Positions 19,780-29,567 of a stretch of 53,733 nt of DNA are shown here, piece after piece. Numbering within the stretch: position 1 is the first letter of the stretch; every line of letters starts with the position of its first letter. Source of the DNA: an uncultured Spirochaetaceae bacterium (GTDB lineage: Bacteria > Spirochaetota > Spirochaetia > Sphaerochaetales > Sphaerochaetaceae); the NCBI GenBank assembly GCA_964534915.1, contig CAZHQL010000001.1, forward strand, positions 1-53,733, given 5' to 3'. The position numbers and the translations under genes are program-made. The notes under the pieces were generated by a model. It was not told the origin of the DNA and did not search any database. It saw only the letters and a program-made list of their open reading frames with translations.

Positions 19780-21041
19780 CTCTGGAAGAAGCGGTTCCCT
19801 ATATCGTTTCTGTACCAGCCCCCGTCTATGTGGATGCTCTTTACAGTGCGGTATGCCGCCTTATTTGCCTCTTCTATGCTCTTTGCCTTGCCTACGACTG
19901 TTATGGCCCTTCCTCCTGTTGTAACAGGCCTTCCATCAACATCAGCTTCTACTGCGCCGCAGAATATGAGCGGACTCTTTTCCATCTCAAGGCGCCTGAT
20001 ATGAGACAGTCCTTCGACATATCGTCCGGTCACGGGCTCCATTGGATAGCCTTCGCTTGCAATTACCACAGCAACCGTGAAGTCATTGCTCGTCTCAAGC
20101 TCAATCTCAGAGAGCCTGTCATTTCCAATGGCAAGGAGGATTTCCAGCAGGTCATTCTTGATAAGAGGCACGAATGCCTGCGTCGCAGGGTCATTGAACC
20201 TCACATGGTAATCCACGAGCACAGGATCACTGCTATCTGGTATGATGATTGAGAATGTCAGTACTCCGCGGTATGCAAGCTGCTCGACCTTCATCCCGTA
20301 GAGCGTCGGATCTATGATCCTTTCCTTTATAAGAGAAGCTAAATCATCATGTATGGGAACCGGGCATATTGCTCCCATTCCTCCTGTAGGGATATCATCC
20401 CCGTGGCCTCGCTTTGAGTATTCGCTCACGATTGGAAGCATTAGAAAGCTGTTCTTGTCTAAAAGGGCTGTTGCTGTGATTGAAAGTCCCGGGATGAACT
20501 CTTCAAGCAGCACTGGTCCCCTCTTCAAGAGATGCTTTGCATATTCAAGGAGCTTCTCTGTATCGCTTGAGCTCAGCGTCTCCCTGCTGGGAGAGATGTT
20601 GTTGCTCTTTACTATGTATACCTTATCCTTATGGCGCACAAGGTATTTCTCCATCTGCTTTATATCAGCAAAGAGGCTTCGGCGCGGGGTAGGGATGTTG
20701 TGGCGGTCTGTGAAATCACGGCTGAATGCCTTGTCATCTTCGAGCTTTATTGACCTGCTCGGAGCACCGAATGTCTTTATTCCCCTCTGGTTAAGGTATT
20801 CGATGACGCCAGTTAAAAGAGGAGCCTCAGTGCCCACGAATACAAGGTCAACGGCATGCCTGAGGCATGCCTCGTAGATGCTCTTGCCATCCGATGGGTC
20901 TACATTTTCCAATTTTTCCGCGATGTCGGGTGTGCAGTAATTTCCTCTGGCAACGAAAAGGCCAGAAATCAGACAGCTCTTGCTAAGCCACCATGTCATC
21001 GCGTGATCCTTAGCTCCCGAACCTAGAACTAGAACGCGCAT
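19776..21041 (-). CDS. purD: Phosphoribosylamine-glycine ligase-like ATP-grasp protein (divergent PurD)
   Basis: Collinear with PurD along its whole length (MRVLVLGSG..., FVGTEAPL, TGGMGA, RFNDPATQ, GGRAITVVG). I place the start at Met54 of the 474-aa track ORF (ATG at 21041), which is preceded by GAAGGAG. Several ATP-grasp motifs are altered (see findings). Confidence 0.75.
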   Translation of the reverse strand: MRVLVLGSGAKDHAMTWWLSKSCLISGLFVARGNYCTPDIAEKLENVDPSDGKSIYEACLRHAVDLVFVGTEAPLLTGVIEYLNQRGIKTFGAPSRSIKLEDDKAFSRDFTDRHNIPTPRRSLFADIKQMEKYLVRHKDKVYIVKSNNISPSRETLSSSDTEKLLEYAKHLLKRGPVLLEEFIPGLSITATALLDKNSFLMLPIVSEYSKRGHGDDIPTGGMGAICPVPIHDDLASLIKERIIDPTLYGMKVEQLAYRGVLTFSIIIPDSSDPVLVDYHVRFNDPATQAFVPLIKNDLLEILLAIGNDRLSEIELETSNDFTVAVVIASEGYPMEPVTGRYVEGLSHIRRLEMEKSPLIFCGAVEADVDGRPVTTGGRAITVVGKAKSIEEANKAAYRTVKSIHIDGGWYRNDIGNRFFQS

Positions 21042-21099
21042 ACGAACTCCTTCTATTAAAACGCTAGCATATGGAAAATCACAATTCAAGAAATTTTTC

Positions 21100-22044
21100 T
21101 CAGGCCTCGAGGGCCTTGAGAGCGCTGATGTACTCATCGATGCTGCCTGCACGGCAGAGGGCATCTTTAACCCTGCTCGAGTTCTTGAGGCCTTTGACAT
21201 ATGAAGGGGCAGTCTTTCTCATCTCCCTGACAGCAACGCTCTCAGAGTAATACCCTGCTGAAAGCATCAGGTGCTTTATCAGTGCATCCTTTCTTTCCTT
21301 CAGGGAGGGAAGGCAATAAGATCCTTTTTCAATAAGATCCTTAGTCTCAGCGAATATGAACGGGTTTCCAATGGCTCCACGAGCAAACATCACGCCATCC
21401 ATTTCATATTCAACGAGGTAGCTAAGTGCATCCTCTGGAGTAAAGACATCGCCGGAGGCATAAAGCAGCGGGGATGCTGGATCTGTTTTTGGAAAGAGGG
21501 AGCGCAGTGCCCTGAAGTGTTCCTTGCGAGCATCTCCTGAGTAGCCCTGGCTTCTTGTCCTTGCATGGAGAGTAAGCTCATCTGCGCCGCTCTCTGCAGC
21601 TGCCTGGGCAAACTCCAGATAGTTTATGCTCTCATCATCCCAGCCGAGGCGGAATTTTATGGAGACCTTCAATCCAGTTTCTTCCTTGAGCATGCGGATT
21701 ATAGCACCGGCTGTCTGAGCATTCCTCATAAGAGCAGAGCCCGAGCCTGTCTTGACGACCTTTGGTACAGGGCATCCTGCATTGATGTCTATCTTCTTAA
21801 AGCCCTTGTCTCTTATATTCCGGATGGCACGGCGGAATGCATCCACATTGCTTCCAAAGAGCTGAAGCGTGAGGTTTTCGCTATCAGAAAACCTTTCCAT
21901 GAGGGCAATGGTCCTATCACTGTCGCGCGCAAGGCCTTCGGCAGAGACCATCTCTGTAACGGTTTCATCTGCGCCGTATTCGGTTGCCATCTGTCTGAAT
22001 GCCTTATCCGTGTAGCCTGCTAAAGGTGCGAGTATCAGGGCCAT
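21100..22044 (-). CDS. tRNA-dihydrouridine synthase (Dus family)
   Basis: 314 aa. LAPLAGYTDKAFR N-terminus, catalytic region IDINAGCPVPKV and a TIM-barrel FMN pattern. Confidence 0.88.
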   Translation of the reverse strand: MALILAPLAGYTDKAFRQMATEYGADETVTEMVSAEGLARDSDRTIALMERFSDSENLTLQLFGSNVDAFRRAIRNIRDKGFKKIDINAGCPVPKVVKTGSGSALMRNAQTAGAIIRMLKEETGLKVSIKFRLGWDDESINYLEFAQAAAESGADELTLHARTRSQGYSGDARKEHFRALRSLFPKTDPASPLLYASGDVFTPEDALSYLVEYEMDGVMFARGAIGNPFIFAETKDLIEKGSYCLPSLKERKDALIKHLMLSAGYYSESVAVREMRKTAPSYVKGLKNSSRVKDALCRAGSIDEYISALKALEA

Positions 22045-22110
22045 GAGTGGAAAATATCATTAATTCGGTCTCTTTGTCCACAAAGCAGTTATTGCCTATT
22101 TACTTCTCTC

Positions 22111-23088
22111 ATGGTACTTTTCTTACATATGAAGGAAAAGAAGAACAGGCCTGAAGGAGAGATGGCCTATATCTATATAATAAAGAATCCCAGCTATAAT
22201 GATATATCCCTTGGCGCTTACAAATCCGTTCTGTATCCGGGGACAGCTGTAGTCTATCAGACAAGATTCGGCCTGGACCTCGGTGTTGTTACAGCTCCAG
22301 CTCCCATGAAGAGCAGGGAGTACCATAGGGGATGTGACGCAGTATGCGGTGCATGCTCCTCAGGCAAGCATTCTCTCAATGTTGAGCCTCAGATGACTGA
22401 GGTGCCGCGGGATGTTGACTTCATAGATCACCTTGCAAGTCCTGAGGAGATGGCGCGCTATGAAGAAAACAGCGCGAAAGAGGATTCTGCTCTCAGGGTA
22501 TGCAGGGATAAGGTAGCAAAGCATAAGCTCAATATGAAGCTTGTGACAGCGCACTTCCTTTTAGGGGAAGCAAAAGTCATATTCTTCTTCACTGCAGAGG
22601 AGAGGGTGGATTTCAGGGACCTTGTGAAGGACCTTGTGGCAGTATTCAGGATGAGGATTGAATTAAGGCAGATAGGAGTGCGCGATGAGTCACGGCTCCT
22701 TGGAGGCCTCAGCGTCTGCGGGCGCGACTACTGCTGCCACTCCATCACGAGCAATTTAGAGACTGTTACGATAAAGATGGCGAAGGAACAGAACCTTTCC
22801 CTGAACAGCATGAAGATATCCGGGCCGTGCGGGCGCCTTCTATGCTGCCTGGCATATGAGTACAGGTATTATCTGGAAGAAAAGGCAGCATGTCCCCCTG
22901 AGGGAACGAGAATCAGGATAGGGCATGAGCTGTGGAAAGTAACGGAGGTTAACATACTTTCTCGCAAGCTGACGCTCCAGGGCTCAGAAGGCCAGAGCAT
23001 GTACATCCCGTTTGATGATGTTGAATACAACAGTGAGACCGGCTACTGGGATGTAAGGGAGGAATTCCTCGAGGCTTTCCTCTCATAG
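22111..23088 (+). CDS. PSP1-domain protein (RicT/YaaT family)
   Basis: PSP1 C-terminal domain (VIFFFTAEERVDFRDLVKDLVAVFRMRIELRQIGVRDE...GPCGRLLCCLAYEY). The start is uncertain: ATG at 22111, 22129 or 22162. Confidence 0.82.
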   Translation: MVLFLHMKEKKNRPEGEMAYIYIIKNPSYNDISLGAYKSVLYPGTAVVYQTRFGLDLGVVTAPAPMKSREYHRGCDAVCGACSSGKHSLNVEPQMTEVPRDVDFIDHLASPEEMARYEENSAKEDSALRVCRDKVAKHKLNMKLVTAHFLLGEAKVIFFFTAEERVDFRDLVKDLVAVFRMRIELRQIGVRDESRLLGGLSVCGRDYCCHSITSNLETVTIKMAKEQNLSLNSMKISGPCGRLLCCLAYEYRYYLEEKAACPPEGTRIRIGHELWKVTEVNILSRKLTLQGSEGQSMYIPFDDVEYNSETGYWDVREEFLEAFLS

Positions 23089-23231
23089 CCTTAAATTCAT
23101 CTGTCATAGAAAGATAATAAAAAGTATTGACGAAAATTATACTATTATGATAACTTGACTAACGCTGTCGGAAATCATGCTGATGCTATCCTGCAGCGAA
23201 TATGATAACTATTATTCTTGGAGGAAATAAA

Positions 23232-23492
23232 GTGGCAAAGAAATCCGCTCAGAGAAGCGAACGCAGGAATCAGGCACGCAGAATGCTTAACCGTGCTGCA
23301 AAGAGCAAGGTGAGAACTTCCATAAAGAAATTTGATGCAGCTGTTCTGGCAAATGACAAGGAATCAGCAACAGCTCTTATGAAGGAAAGCTTCAAGCTTC
23401 TTGACAGTGCAGTGAACAAGGGTGTAATGCATCGCAATACTGTTGACAGAAAAAAGAGCAGAATGGCTCATGCATATAACAAGCTTGCTTAA
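23232..23492 (+). CDS. rpsT: 30S ribosomal protein S20
   Basis: The track ORF begins at 23202. GTG 23232 sits 7 nt after GGAGG and gives an 86-aa protein, VAKKSAQRSERRNQARRMLNRAAKSKVRT..., which is typical of S20. Confidence 0.9.
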   Translation: MAKKSAQRSERRNQARRMLNRAAKSKVRTSIKKFDAAVLANDKESATALMKESFKLLDSAVNKGVMHRNTVDRKKSRMAHAYNKLA

Positions 23493-23511
23493 TTCAGACG
23501 GGGTGTAGGAT

Positions 23512-23826
23512 ATGGACGAGAAACTTACGAAGGCAACGATCATTGAGAATCTGCATAACAAACTTGGCCTTAATAGGACTGAAATCCATATGGTAATTGA
23601 CGAGCTCTTTGAGGAAATCAAGGACGGACTCAAGGATGACAGGGTTATCGAGCTCCGCGGGTTTGGAACGTTTGAGGTCCGCACGAGGAAGGGCCGCGAG
23701 AAGGCCAGAAATCCCAAGACAGGGGAACTTGTTGCAGTAGATAAGCATGGAGTCGCAATATTCCGTCCTGGAAAGGAGCTGAAGGAGTTCGTATGGAACA
23801 TCCGCACAGCTAAGGATCTTGGTTGA
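23512..23826 (+). CDS. HU/IHF-family DNA-binding protein (spirochaetal Hbb-like)
   Basis: 104 aa. ELRGFGTFEVRTRKGREKARNPKTGELVAVDKHGVAIFRPGKELK is the HU beta-arm. It lies immediately after rpsT, as hbb does in Borrelia. Confidence 0.88.
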   Translation: MDEKLTKATIIENLHNKLGLNRTEIHMVIDELFEEIKDGLKDDRVIELRGFGTFEVRTRKGREKARNPKTGELVAVDKHGVAIFRPGKELKEFVWNIRTAKDLG

Positions 23827-25496
23827 TTTCAGGAGATAAAGGCTTGAAAAATGAGAAGGAAAGGAGCCTCAGGACTGTGTGTTCTGAGGTTCTTGTATTA
23901 TTAACAGCCACATTCGTATTTTCCCTGGCATTCCCGGGCTTCACGCTTTCTGAGGGCCTCGGGTTCATATCATTTTTCGTACTGATCCCGGTATTCGCTG
24001 TAATCAGGAACACGAGCTGGAAGCTGATTGCCCCTTACGGCTTTTTCTTCGGCTTCATGTACTACATGTTCTTCTGTTACTGGCTCACGACATTCCATCC
24101 GCTTGCAATTCTGATAGTTCCCATAATAAAGGGCGCTGAGATGCTCATCCTGTTTCCTGCCCTGAAAGCAGCGGATGCGCTTTTTAAAAAGAAGGGGTAC
24201 ATCGTCCAGGCATTCATATGGGTTGCATATGCATACCTCTCACAGTCCTGGTTCGCAGGCTTTCCATATGGCACGATCTGCTACGCGCTCTATAAATACC
24301 TTCCTCTCATCCAGATTGCAGACATTACAGGAATATGGGCCATAGTATTGTTGCAGGTGCTTCCGCAGGCATACATCGGTGCCTATATAATGGACAGGAT
24401 AAATGGCACTGCAGACACAGTTAAGAAGTATGTAATGTCCAATCTGGCTGTAATCATAATTTATGCCATATTAGTAATCTCAACGCTTGTTTACGGCTTT
24501 GTAAAGGTAAATGAATGGAGCAATAAGGAGCCTGACCGCATCTGGCGTGTTGCAACCGTGCAGCATAATCACGACTCATGGAAGGGGGGCATCACTACAT
24601 ACAGAAGGAATTTCAATAACCTCAAGCGCTACACGCTGGAGGCTATAACGAAGGATCCGGATATCGTAGTATGGTCCGAGACAGCATTCGTTCCATCAAT
24701 TGACTGGAACCTGAGATTCGACTATGAGGGGAACCACGAAATGAGAGCTCTTGTAAAGGAGTTCGTAGACTTCGCAGAGGCCCTCCCTGTGCCTCTTCTC
24801 ACAGGAAATGCTGACGGGGCTGTCATAGATGAGAGTGCAGGCCCTGTCCTGGAAGATGGCACGCAGAACAGGAAGGATTATAACAGCGTAGTCCTGTTTG
24901 AGGACGGAGAGCTGAAGGATAAGTACCGCAAACAGCATTTAGTGCCATTTACCGAGCACTTTCCATACGAGAAGCAGCTTCCCTGGCTTTATAATCTCTT
25001 GCTTGCCAATGACTATAACTGGTGGGAAAAAGGAGAAGAGAGCATTGTCTTTGAATCTGATGGCATCAGATTCTCAACTCCGATCTGCTTTGAGGACGTA
25101 TTCGGATATCTTTCTGCAGATTTCGTAAGAAACGGAGCGGATCTTATCATCAACATGACCAATGACAACTGGTCGGGAACAGTCGTGGCAGAGAAACAGC
25201 ATGCTTACATGGCAGTTTTCCGCTCGATAGAGACGCGCAAGAGCATGGTAAGGGGAACAAACAGCGGCTATACCTGCATGATAACCCCCGACGGGCGCCT
25301 TCATGACCCGATGAGGCCTTTCTGGATGGGCTACCATATCTATGAGGTTCCTGTCTACGAAGGAGGTGAAAATACGTTCTACGTAGAACATACCGAGCTC
25401 TTTGCGTATATTGCAATATGGGTATCCATTGCAGCTCTGGCAGCAGGGTCTGCATGGAAGATATATCTTTCAATCAAGGGCAGAAAGAATGACTAA
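23823..25496 (+). CDS. lnt: Apolipoprotein N-acyltransferase
   Basis: Multi-TM N-terminal half plus a CN-hydrolase domain (VVWSETAF, KQHLVPFTEHFPY, TPICFEDVF). The start is either TTG 23823, which overlaps the HU stop, or TTG 23844, 9 nt after AGGAG. Confidence 0.88.
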   Translation: MISGDKGLKNEKERSLRTVCSEVLVLLTATFVFSLAFPGFTLSEGLGFISFFVLIPVFAVIRNTSWKLIAPYGFFFGFMYYMFFCYWLTTFHPLAILIVPIIKGAEMLILFPALKAADALFKKKGYIVQAFIWVAYAYLSQSWFAGFPYGTICYALYKYLPLIQIADITGIWAIVLLQVLPQAYIGAYIMDRINGTADTVKKYVMSNLAVIIIYAILVISTLVYGFVKVNEWSNKEPDRIWRVATVQHNHDSWKGGITTYRRNFNNLKRYTLEAITKDPDIVVWSETAFVPSIDWNLRFDYEGNHEMRALVKEFVDFAEALPVPLLTGNADGAVIDESAGPVLEDGTQNRKDYNSVVLFEDGELKDKYRKQHLVPFTEHFPYEKQLPWLYNLLLANDYNWWEKGEESIVFESDGIRFSTPICFEDVFGYLSADFVRNGADLIINMTNDNWSGTVVAEKQHAYMAVFRSIETRKSMVRGTNSGYTCMITPDGRLHDPMRPFWMGYHIYEVPVYEGGENTFYVEHTELFAYIAIWVSIAALAAGSAWKIYLSIKGRKND

Positions 25497-26730
25497 ATGC
25501 GCCCTCATTGTGATAGGCACTGAGCTTACACGCGGAATAATTGCTGATAAGCATGGCGTTCTGGTCTCCAGAGAGATGACGCATATCGGGGTACATGTCT
25601 CTGAGATTGTAGCTGTTCCGGATGACGGCTCTGTCACCGGGATATTGAAGGCCATCAAGAAGAATAATGATATCATCATCGTCACCGGCGGCCTCGGGCC
25701 TACCCAGGATGATATCACAAGGAGATGCATTGCAGAGGCATTCAATACAACGCTTGTAAGGAATGAGGACTGTATAAGGGAGCTTAAAAAGAGAGTCGGA
25801 GATGAAAGATTATCAGGAGCTAATGAGAAGCAGGCATACATCCCCGACGGCTTTACAGTCATGCCCAACCCGAATGGTACAGCCCCCGGCTTCTACGGCT
25901 CTGATGAAGAGGCTTTCTGCTTTGCTCTCCCCGGGCCCCCTCGTGAGATGGAGCCGATGTTCATATCCTGTGTCATTCCAAAGGTAAAGGAGATTCTCGG
26001 GCTCAGGGAAGCAGAAAGACATGAGTACACATCGTTCATAACAGCCGAGGCTCTTTTGGGAGAGCTTACATCGCAATATCCTGAAATAGAGTGGGGAACA
26101 AGGTTCCAGGATTATCAGATAAGCCTCTATGCATCAACTGATGACAAGAAGGCCCTTGATAGCGCTGTTAGGGAACTTAAGTTAAAGCTCGGGCCATACA
26201 GGATCGTAGAGGGAAGTACTACAGCCCTGGATATCCTTATAGACACTCTGAAGCTGCATAATGCCAGGATATCAGCAGCAGAGAGCTGTACGGGAGGACT
26301 TCTCTCTGAAATCCTGACAGAGAGAGCCGGCTCAAGTGAGTTCTTCCTTGGCTCTGTCGTCTCCTACAGCAATGAGATGAAAACAGATGCGCTGGATGTG
26401 AAAGAAGAGACAGTGAAAAGGCACGGAGCAGTATCTGAGGAGTGTGCTATCCAGATGGCAGAAGGAGCGCTTCTTCTTGCAAAATCCGATTACGCTGTTT
26501 CCATAACAGGGGTTGCAGGCCCTGACAGAAGCGAGGAAAAGGATGTGGGGACCGTCTCTTTCGGCTTTGCATCAAAAGAGAGAAAGAGTGAGGCCTTCAC
26601 TCTTCGCTTTACATCCTGGGGACGCTCATCGGTAAGAAGAAAGGCAGCAGTCACAGCGCTATTATTCCTTTCTGCATACATCAGGGGGGAAGATATAAAG
26701 AGCCTTGCAGGAAAGTGGAGTAATATATGA
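25489..26730 (+). CDS. cinA: CinA-family protein (MoCF-like domain plus NMN amidohydrolase PncC-like domain)
   Basis: I place the start at ATG 25489, Met30 of the track ORF, overlapping the lnt stop by 8 nt. N-terminus ALIVIGTELTRGIIADKHG..VTGGLGPTQDDIT. C-terminal domain ISAAESCTGGLLSE...VSITGVAGP. Confidence 0.88.
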   Translation: MTKCALIVIGTELTRGIIADKHGVLVSREMTHIGVHVSEIVAVPDDGSVTGILKAIKKNNDIIIVTGGLGPTQDDITRRCIAEAFNTTLVRNEDCIRELKKRVGDERLSGANEKQAYIPDGFTVMPNPNGTAPGFYGSDEEAFCFALPGPPREMEPMFISCVIPKVKEILGLREAERHEYTSFITAEALLGELTSQYPEIEWGTRFQDYQISLYASTDDKKALDSAVRELKLKLGPYRIVEGSTTALDILIDTLKLHNARISAAESCTGGLLSEILTERAGSSEFFLGSVVSYSNEMKTDALDVKEETVKRHGAVSEECAIQMAEGALLLAKSDYAVSITGVAGPDRSEEKDVGTVSFGFASKERKSEAFTLRFTSWGRSSVRRKAAVTALLFLSAYIRGEDIKSLAGKWSNI

Positions 26731-27245
26731 GTTTTGAGAATGTAGCGGAATATCTGAGAGAGAGGGGATACTCAGAGCGCATAAGGCTCTTTGATGTCTC
26801 GAGTGCAACTGTAGCCCTTGCTGCAAAAGCACTCGGGTGTGAGGAAGCGCTCATTGCAAAGAGCATTGCGTTCAAGAGCCCCGGCGGTGCCATCATACTG
26901 GTTACGGCAGGGGATACGAAGATAAACAGCGGCGCATTCAAGCGCTGTTTCGGCTTTAAGCCATCGATGACAGGCCCTGATGAGACAGAGAGGATAACAG
27001 GGCATAAGAGGGGAGGAGTATGTCCTTTTGCGCTTCCAGAGGGTGTTGATGTATACCTCGATGAGTCCTTGAAGCGTTTTGAGACAGTATATCCTGCTGC
27101 AGGCAGTTCAAACAGCGCAGTAAGCTTATCTCCTGATGAGCTTTATGAGATTTCAGGATCCAAAGCCTGGGTACAGGCTGCTCAAATCATAAAAGAGAAA
27201 GAAGAGTCACTTCTCTACTGTGTTGACAATCGGCAAAATGGGTAA
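26727..27245 (+). CDS. YbaK/ProX-family aminoacyl-tRNA deacylase
   Basis: 172 aa. KSIAFKS..ILVTAGDTKINSGAF...HKRGGVCPFAL...VYPAAGSSNSAV pattern of the YbaK/EbsC fold. 4-nt overlap with cinA. Confidence 0.75.
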   Translation: MSFENVAEYLRERGYSERIRLFDVSSATVALAAKALGCEEALIAKSIAFKSPGGAIILVTAGDTKINSGAFKRCFGFKPSMTGPDETERITGHKRGGVCPFALPEGVDVYLDESLKRFETVYPAAGSSNSAVSLSPDELYEISGSKAWVQAAQIIKEKEESLLYCVDNRQNG

Positions 27246-27251
27246 TATAGT
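27223..27251 (+). promoter_or_regulatory. Candidate sigma70-type promoter for rho (inside the ybaK 3' end)
   Basis: TTGACA (27223-27228), a 17-nt spacer, then TATAGT (27246-27251). It would give an AT-rich leader of about 90 nt before the rho start. Confidence 0.55.
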
Positions 27252-27344
27252 TTTAGCAGTTAAGGAACTAAATCCCTTTTTAAATCAAGAAATCTATTTT
27301 CGATATAAGAAAATTAATCCTAATGTTAAATGGAGTTTTACTCA

Positions 27345-29147
27345 ATGTCTGATGAGACAGTAAACGTAAATCAGGAAGCAGAGGGCACCACTGAAATCAA
27401 GAAAAAGCGTGGAAGGCCAAGAAAGCAGGTATCTGAAGTCCAGGAAAATGCTTCTGTAAAAGAAGAGAGCGGTGCTGAGGAAAATGACGGCACAGCGAAA
27501 AAAGTATTCCGCATAGCAAGATCTCCAAAGATCAAGGTAAAGATCAAAGAGGAAGAGACGCAGGATAAGAATCCCGAACTTCCGTTCTTTTTTGCTGAAA
27601 GCGGGGAAAGTGAAAGCGATTCCTCTTCTGATGGGCTCTCTGCGGATGAAAGTGCTATGCCGGATAGTCCTGCAGAATCTGTTCAAATGCAGGAAAGAGA
27701 AGAGACTGCAGAGACTTCAGAGAGCAAGGAAGAGGGCGCAGATGCCAGGAAGAAATACGATAAATACGAGCGCTATAAGAACAAGAAGGGCGGGAAGAAG
27801 AGAGAGGAGTATCCTCTGGAAGTGAACCTGGAAGAGAATCCTGATGCCCCCAGGATGTTCTTATCCGTGCTTACTACTCAGAATATAGATCAGCTGAGGG
27901 AAAGAGCAAGGAACATGGGCTTAAGCGAGGATGTGATTCTGGACTCGCGAAAAACTGATCTGATCTATAAGATATGCCGCATGCACTCACAGAGCGGCGG
28001 AGCGCTTCTTGCAGAAGGAATCCTTGATATCATACAGGAAGGGGCATATGGATACCTCAGGTATGCAGTGAATAACTACCTTCCCGGCGGTGAGGATGTA
28101 TATGTATCTGCTCCTATTATCAAGGCAACAGGATTAAAGACGGGAGATACTGTATATGGCCAGATCCGTGCCCCGAGGGACGGGGAGAAGGCTGCTGCCA
28201 TGATCAAGGTCTTCAAGGTAAACGGAGAGGAGCCTAAGATGGCCAAGATCCGTGCTCCGTTTGACAGCCTTACGCCGCTCTTTCCGGATGAGAGGCTTCA
28301 CCTGGAAGTTCTCGAGGATAAAAAGCCAAGTGATCTCTCTACAAGAGTCGTTGACCTTTTCTGCCCGATTGGAAAAGGACAGAGGTCCATCATTGTAGCT
28401 CCTCCGAGAACCGGCAAGACAGTTCTGATGCAGAAGATTGCAAATGCTATCTCTACAAACCATCCTGAGGTGCACCTCATAGTCCTCTTAGTGGATGAGA
28501 GGCCTGAGGAAGTTACGGACATGCGCCGCAATGTAAAGGCAGAGGTCGTTGCATCCACATTCGATGAGCAGGCAACGCACCATGTGCAGGTTGCTGAGAT
28601 GGTAATCGAGAAGGCAAAGAGACTGGTTGAGTACAAGAAGGATGTCGTAATCCTTCTGGATTCCATCACGCGTCTTGCCCGTGCATATAACCAGACGGTT
28701 CCAGCTTCTGGAAAGATCCTCTCTGGCGGTGTTGACTCAAATGCCCTGCATAAGCCCAAGAGGTTTTTCGGAGCGGCAAGGAACATAGAGCAGGGCGGAA
28801 GCCTCACTATAATATCGACAGCTCTGATCGAGACGGGATCCAGGATGGATGAAGTCATATTTGAGGAATTCAAGGGAACGGGCAACAATGAGATCGTCCT
28901 TGACAGGAAGATGGCAGATAACCGCAAGTTCCCGGCTATCAACATCAAGAAGAGCGGAACGCGCCGTGATGACCTTCTGCTGAGCGAGGATGTCCTGACC
29001 AGAGTATTCCTCCTGCGTACTGCATTTGGCAATCTTGATGATATGGACATGTCCGTATCTCTTATTGACAAAATGAAGAAAAATAACAACAATAAGGAGT
29101 TCCTTGACAGTATGAACGCAGCGAGCGTGAGTGCTGCGAGGAATTAG
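27345..29147 (+). CDS. rho: Transcription termination factor Rho with a long disordered N-terminal extension
   Basis: ATG 27345 sits 9 nt after GGAG (the track uses 27330). The C-terminal ~425 aa are canonical Rho: Rho_N helix bundle, CSD-like RNA-binding domain (GYLRY...DVYVS), Walker A (APPRTGKT), Walker B ([15 protein letters not shown]). Confidence 0.93.
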   Translation: MSDETVNVNQEAEGTTEIKKKRGRPRKQVSEVQENASVKEESGAEENDGTAKKVFRIARSPKIKVKIKEEETQDKNPELPFFFAESGESESDSSSDGLSADESAMPDSPAESVQMQEREETAETSESKEEGADARKKYDKYERYKNKKGGKKREEYPLEVNLEENPDAPRMFLSVLTTQNIDQLRERARNMGLSEDVILDSRKTDLIYKICRMHSQSGGALLAEGILDIIQEGAYGYLRYAVNNYLPGGEDVYVSAPIIKATGLKTGDTVYGQIRAPRDGEKAAAMIKVFKVNGEEPKMAKIRAPFDSLTPLFPDERLHLEVLEDKKPSDLSTRVVDLFCPIGKGQRSIIVAPPRTGKTVLMQKIANAISTNHPEVHLIVLLVDERPEEVTDMRRNVKAEVVASTFDEQATHHVQVAEMVIEKAKRLVEYKKDVVILLDSITRLARAYNQTVPASGKILSGGVDSNALHKPKRFFGAARNIEQGGSLTIISTALIETGSRMDEVIFEEFKGTGNNEIVLDRKMADNRKFPAINIKKSGTRRDDLLLSEDVLTRVFLLRTAFGNLDDMDMSVSLIDKMKKNNNNKEFLDSMNAASVSAARN

Positions 29148-29202
29148 CCAGACGTACCCTTTCTGTGAAAGCAGAGAGAATTACATAGACCGGAGGAATA
29201 AG

Positions 29203-29409
29203 ATGAAGAAGGATATCCATCCAAAATATGAGTTACAGGAGATTCGCTGCTCATGTGGCAACGTAATCAAGACAAAGAGTACGAGCAAGAACCTTGCAGT
29301 TGAAATCTGCTCTGCATGCCACCCGTTCTTTACAGGCACACAGAAGCTCGTTGATACAACTGGAAGAGTTGAACGCTTCAACAAGAGATATAATAGAAGC
29401 AGCAACTGA
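29203..29409 (+). CDS. rpmE: 50S ribosomal protein L31 (Zn-binding type A)
   Basis: ATG 29203 follows GGAGG at 29192-29196. The 68-aa product is MKKDIHPKY...CSCGN...[10 protein letters not shown]...RVERFNKRY. The track ORF starts too early, at 29131. Confidence 0.92.
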   Translation: MKKDIHPKYELQEIRCSCGNVIKTKSTSKNLAVEICSACHPFFTGTQKLVDTTGRVERFNKRYNRSSN

Positions 29410-29430
29410 TTCTGCTATATCAGCACTTAG

Positions 29431-29463
29431 CTCCTTCAGAGATTTCTGGGGGAGTATTTTTTT
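29431..29463 (+). terminator. Rho-independent terminator after rpmE
   Basis: A 10-bp stem, CTCCTTCAGA (29431-29440) with TCTGGGGGAG (29445-29454), including two G-U pairs. GATT loop, then TATTTTTTT. Confidence 0.8.
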
Positions 29464-29567
29464 GCCTTTTCTGAGCCGGTGGACATCAATACTGATTGTT
29501 CTTACAATTAACTAAATTCTTGCTTAGGTGCCTAAATGGATGTAATTATTTAAGGTAGGAGTTTTTT

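Noticed and set aside
19830-20877. Plus-strand ORFs of 140 and 187 aa opposite the purD-like gene. ORFs opposite dus (21565-22023) and the kinase (34621-35288) are similar.
   Set aside because: The opposite-strand genes have clear family-level homology along their full length. These ORFs have no recognisable motifs or RBS.
21042-21200. 53-codon N-terminal extension of the 474-aa track ORF for the purD-like gene.
   Set aside because: The extension overlaps the dus 3' end and has no PurD counterpart. The PurD alignment begins at MRVLVLGSG, whose ATG (21041) is preceded by GAAGGAG.
23127-23160. TTGACG upstream of rpsT, and a similar TTGACG upstream of nifS (31760), as promoters.
   Set aside because: The -35-like hexamers are good, but I could not pair them with a convincing -10 at 16-18 nt (best candidates ATAACT/TAACTT). 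They are not listed as features.
28298-29092. 264-aa ORF on the minus strand inside rho.
   Set aside because: It lies entirely within the conserved Rho ATPase domain, where the sense strand carries the Walker A/B motifs. The translation is low-complexity Ser/Arg/Leu-rich. This is a typical stop-poor antisense frame.
29294-29515. 73-aa ORF overlapping the rpmE 3' end and running through the terminator.
   Set aside because: It is out of frame with a well-supported L31 gene and crosses the strong hairpin/T-tract at 29431-29463.
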